Shown here: piece after piece, positions 61,885 through 64,000 of the stretch | How positions within the stretch are numbered: the first letter of the stretch is position 1 | Layout: each line of letters opens with the position of its first letter | NCBI GenBank assembly: GCA_017654855.1 | Contig: CM030333.1 | Span: forward strand, 4,774,001 to 4,838,000 | DNA: 64,000 bases | Source of the DNA: Podospora anserina | Lineage: Eukaryota | Direction of reading: 5' to 3' | Translations under genes and position numbers: made by a program | The notes under the pieces: generated by a model | Databases searched by the model: none | Seen by the model: the letters and a program-made list of their open reading frames with translations, nothing else | Told to the model about the DNA's origin: nothing

Positions 61885-64000
61885 GGTGGGCGAGTTTGGG
61901 TCGGTGTTGGGTCACACCCAAGTGGTGGGTAGTAGCGGTAGTAGTGGGAGTAGTAGTTATGAGATACGAAACAAAACTCGCGATGTGGGTATCACGAAAA
62001 AAGAAGAAAAGACTAACAACAAAAATGTGGAAAAGTTGCAGAGAGATTTCCAACAAGTGGAAAGGAAGGGCGGGGTGGGAAGAAAAAGGCTGAGCTGTTG
62101 CTATAAGAGAGCGAGCCCGCAAGGTGGGATGTGGACCGAAGGAAGGAGATGGAGGGGGCACTGGGGGCTGGGCAGTGCGCATGCCTTGTCAGCGACGGGG
62201 GAGAAGCCAGACCTTGGCCCTGCAACACCTGCATGCATTATGGCGCTGTAAGCAACTGTAACTAAAGTGACTTATTACGCAGGGCAAGGAACCCGTGAAA
62301 TATTCGCTGGAAACCCAATCGAGGCGCAGTTGTGGGCTCTCTTGCGAGGTATTCCGGCCGTGTACCTGACATTCTCCCCCTCTTTGATCATGTATCACAC
62401 GATAGGCTCTCCCAGCTATCTCTTAGATGCCGATGTTGGTCTGCAACCCAGGTCGAGCTTGTTGGCGCTTCCGCCATGTTGGTCAGGGGCCACGGCCTAT
62501 GCGAACAGACTATACTATGATCCTCTTCTCCTAAAAGAAGGCAAAAGAAAGCGGCGTTGCGAAACAACGGAAACAAAACTTTGCGCCATGCGCCGTTAAG
62601 AGAGCAGAGCGGGGTCCTGAAGAAGACGGTCACAAAATGTGGCCTCGTTGAGTGAGATATGACTGCCTAGTGTGGAAAGAGACTGTGTTCTCAATGGCCT
62701 GCGCCGCTCTCATGTCCAGTTGGACCAGTCCAGCCTCTCTTCTTTTTCTCGGAAGAAAAATCCAACCGCACCTCCATCATCAAAGCCGGCAGCAAGAGGT
62801 TCTCACACAGTGGGATATCTAATGTGATCCAATATCGAAGCTACTGCGAGAGCAATGACCAAGTTCCAGCCTATGAAACCACCATGCAGCCACACCTTCT
62901 CTGCATTTCTAGCAGCAGTGCTACCCGCCTGGTCACACTGCCTGGGAATCCAGACGAATTACCTCATGAACCCAGTCTGATCAAGATTCAACATGATCGA
63001 GAGAGGTGCGAGAGTCCATCATCCTGGAACCTTCATCGCATCGTGTGTGCCGGCTTGGAAGCTTCTGGGTCCACGCGCGTTCCTCGTTTTGACCGGGTGG
63101 CCCCTCATGAGTTCACTCGAACTGCGACCATGGGACGGCAAAACGAACGGCAGCTCAGGATGAGCCCAGCCCTGTGACTCGGTCATGATATGGGAAAAGG
63201 TGGTTCAGGCGGTGAAGGGGGGTGAGGTGACTGTTATATTGCCGTCGGGAGGTTCATCGCAACAAGAGCAGCTGATGGGATGTTCCGTCAGTTACCCCTC
63301 CCCCGCGCTGCAGTTGACTTCTCGTCCAGGGGCTTTACATATCTACATCTACTGAACTTGCAGTCAAACAATGCATTCCATCTTCTGCAGGATGAAAAGA
63401 TTGATCCCCACAAGAGTGTATCTCCAAAATACCTGCGTGAATACTGCAGTGACTGCCTCTTTGCCTGACAATGTGTCGAGGCCCAAAAGAAAATCACAGC
63501 AAGTGAGAACCGCGCGGGTCAGACATATTTCGTCATCTGCCCCACTGCCTGTGAAGCCAAGGCTACAATGCCAAGATGTCTTTTTTAGCGTCCTTTTGGG
63601 TCTCACTCACTAACATATCGCTTTCACGAAAAACAGGCTGTGAGTTGAAATCTCTACTTTTGTGATGCCGTGGCAATAAAATCCACGAAACGAAACACAA
63701 CTGCTCCATGAAAAGAGGCCGCTCTACTCCGGCCGATTTGACCATCGGGCCTCTCGGTCTCAGATCCTCAGCTCCGAATGACCGTCTTCTTCAACCCCGG
63801 AGCGGCTCGGGTGGCTGAGTGAGTACTAGGCTGAGGCTGAGCTTGCTTCTCGATACATGACCGTTAGGGGCCATGACAAGGTATTAAAACGGCTCGTGAT
63901 TGGGTGTCTTGTAAGTTATGGCTAATCTATGTATGGACCAGTCTTCTATCGTTACATGACCATACTTGTACCAACTGTAAGTGAGCCGGTATCCTAAGCA

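Noticed and set aside
62640..62700. Short GGCC..TTGAG / CTCAA.GGCC hairpin
   Set aside because: Stem is too short, with no tRNA or snoRNA boxes.
1..64000. tRNA, 5S rRNA, CRISPR-like arrays, TGA-CTA readthrough PTS1 signals, secondary-metabolite cluster, stwintrons
   Set aside because: Looked for by eye and none found convincingly; tRNAscan-SE and Infernal runs would be needed to exclude small RNAs.

Overview
Gene-dense eukaryotic chromosomal DNA from a filamentous ascomycete. The short GT-AG introns with CTRAC branch points and the gene content suggest Sordariales, Podospora-like; this assignment is an inference. About 19 protein-coding genes can be reconstructed by hand, mostly conserved housekeeping genes: an MFS transporter (5'-truncated), Ubp3 deubiquitinase, Sae2/Ctp1, CNBP/Gis2-like zinc-knuckle protein, cytochrome b5-fused acyl-CoA dehydrogenase, flavin amine/polyamine oxidase, Atg2, mitochondrial NAD+ carrier, Qcr7, Anp1/Van1/Mnn9-family mannosyltransferase, Mag1 glycosylase, Ecm33, SPF45-like G-patch/UHM splicing factor, Prp2/DHX16 DEAH helicase, Pcs60-like peroxisomal CoA ligase, a second multi-knuckle protein, a SAM methyltransferase, ER DnaJ Scj1 and a large DUF3824-like disordered protein. 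I found no tRNA, rRNA, transposon, CRISPR or secondary-metabolite cluster, and I cannot support a claim of a new multi-gene system. The most interesting signals are gene-level and post-transcriptional, and all are hypotheses. They are a candidate 24-nt stop-containing cassette exon that would toggle a ~310-aa C-terminal tail on the DUF3824-like protein; an upstream in-frame AUG giving Mag1 a presequence-like extension; an AUG-free in-frame leader of UBP3 encoding a PAM2-like motif; an overlapping uORF on the polyamine-oxidase-like gene; and an unusually long first intron plus a micro-exon in the Gis2-like gene.
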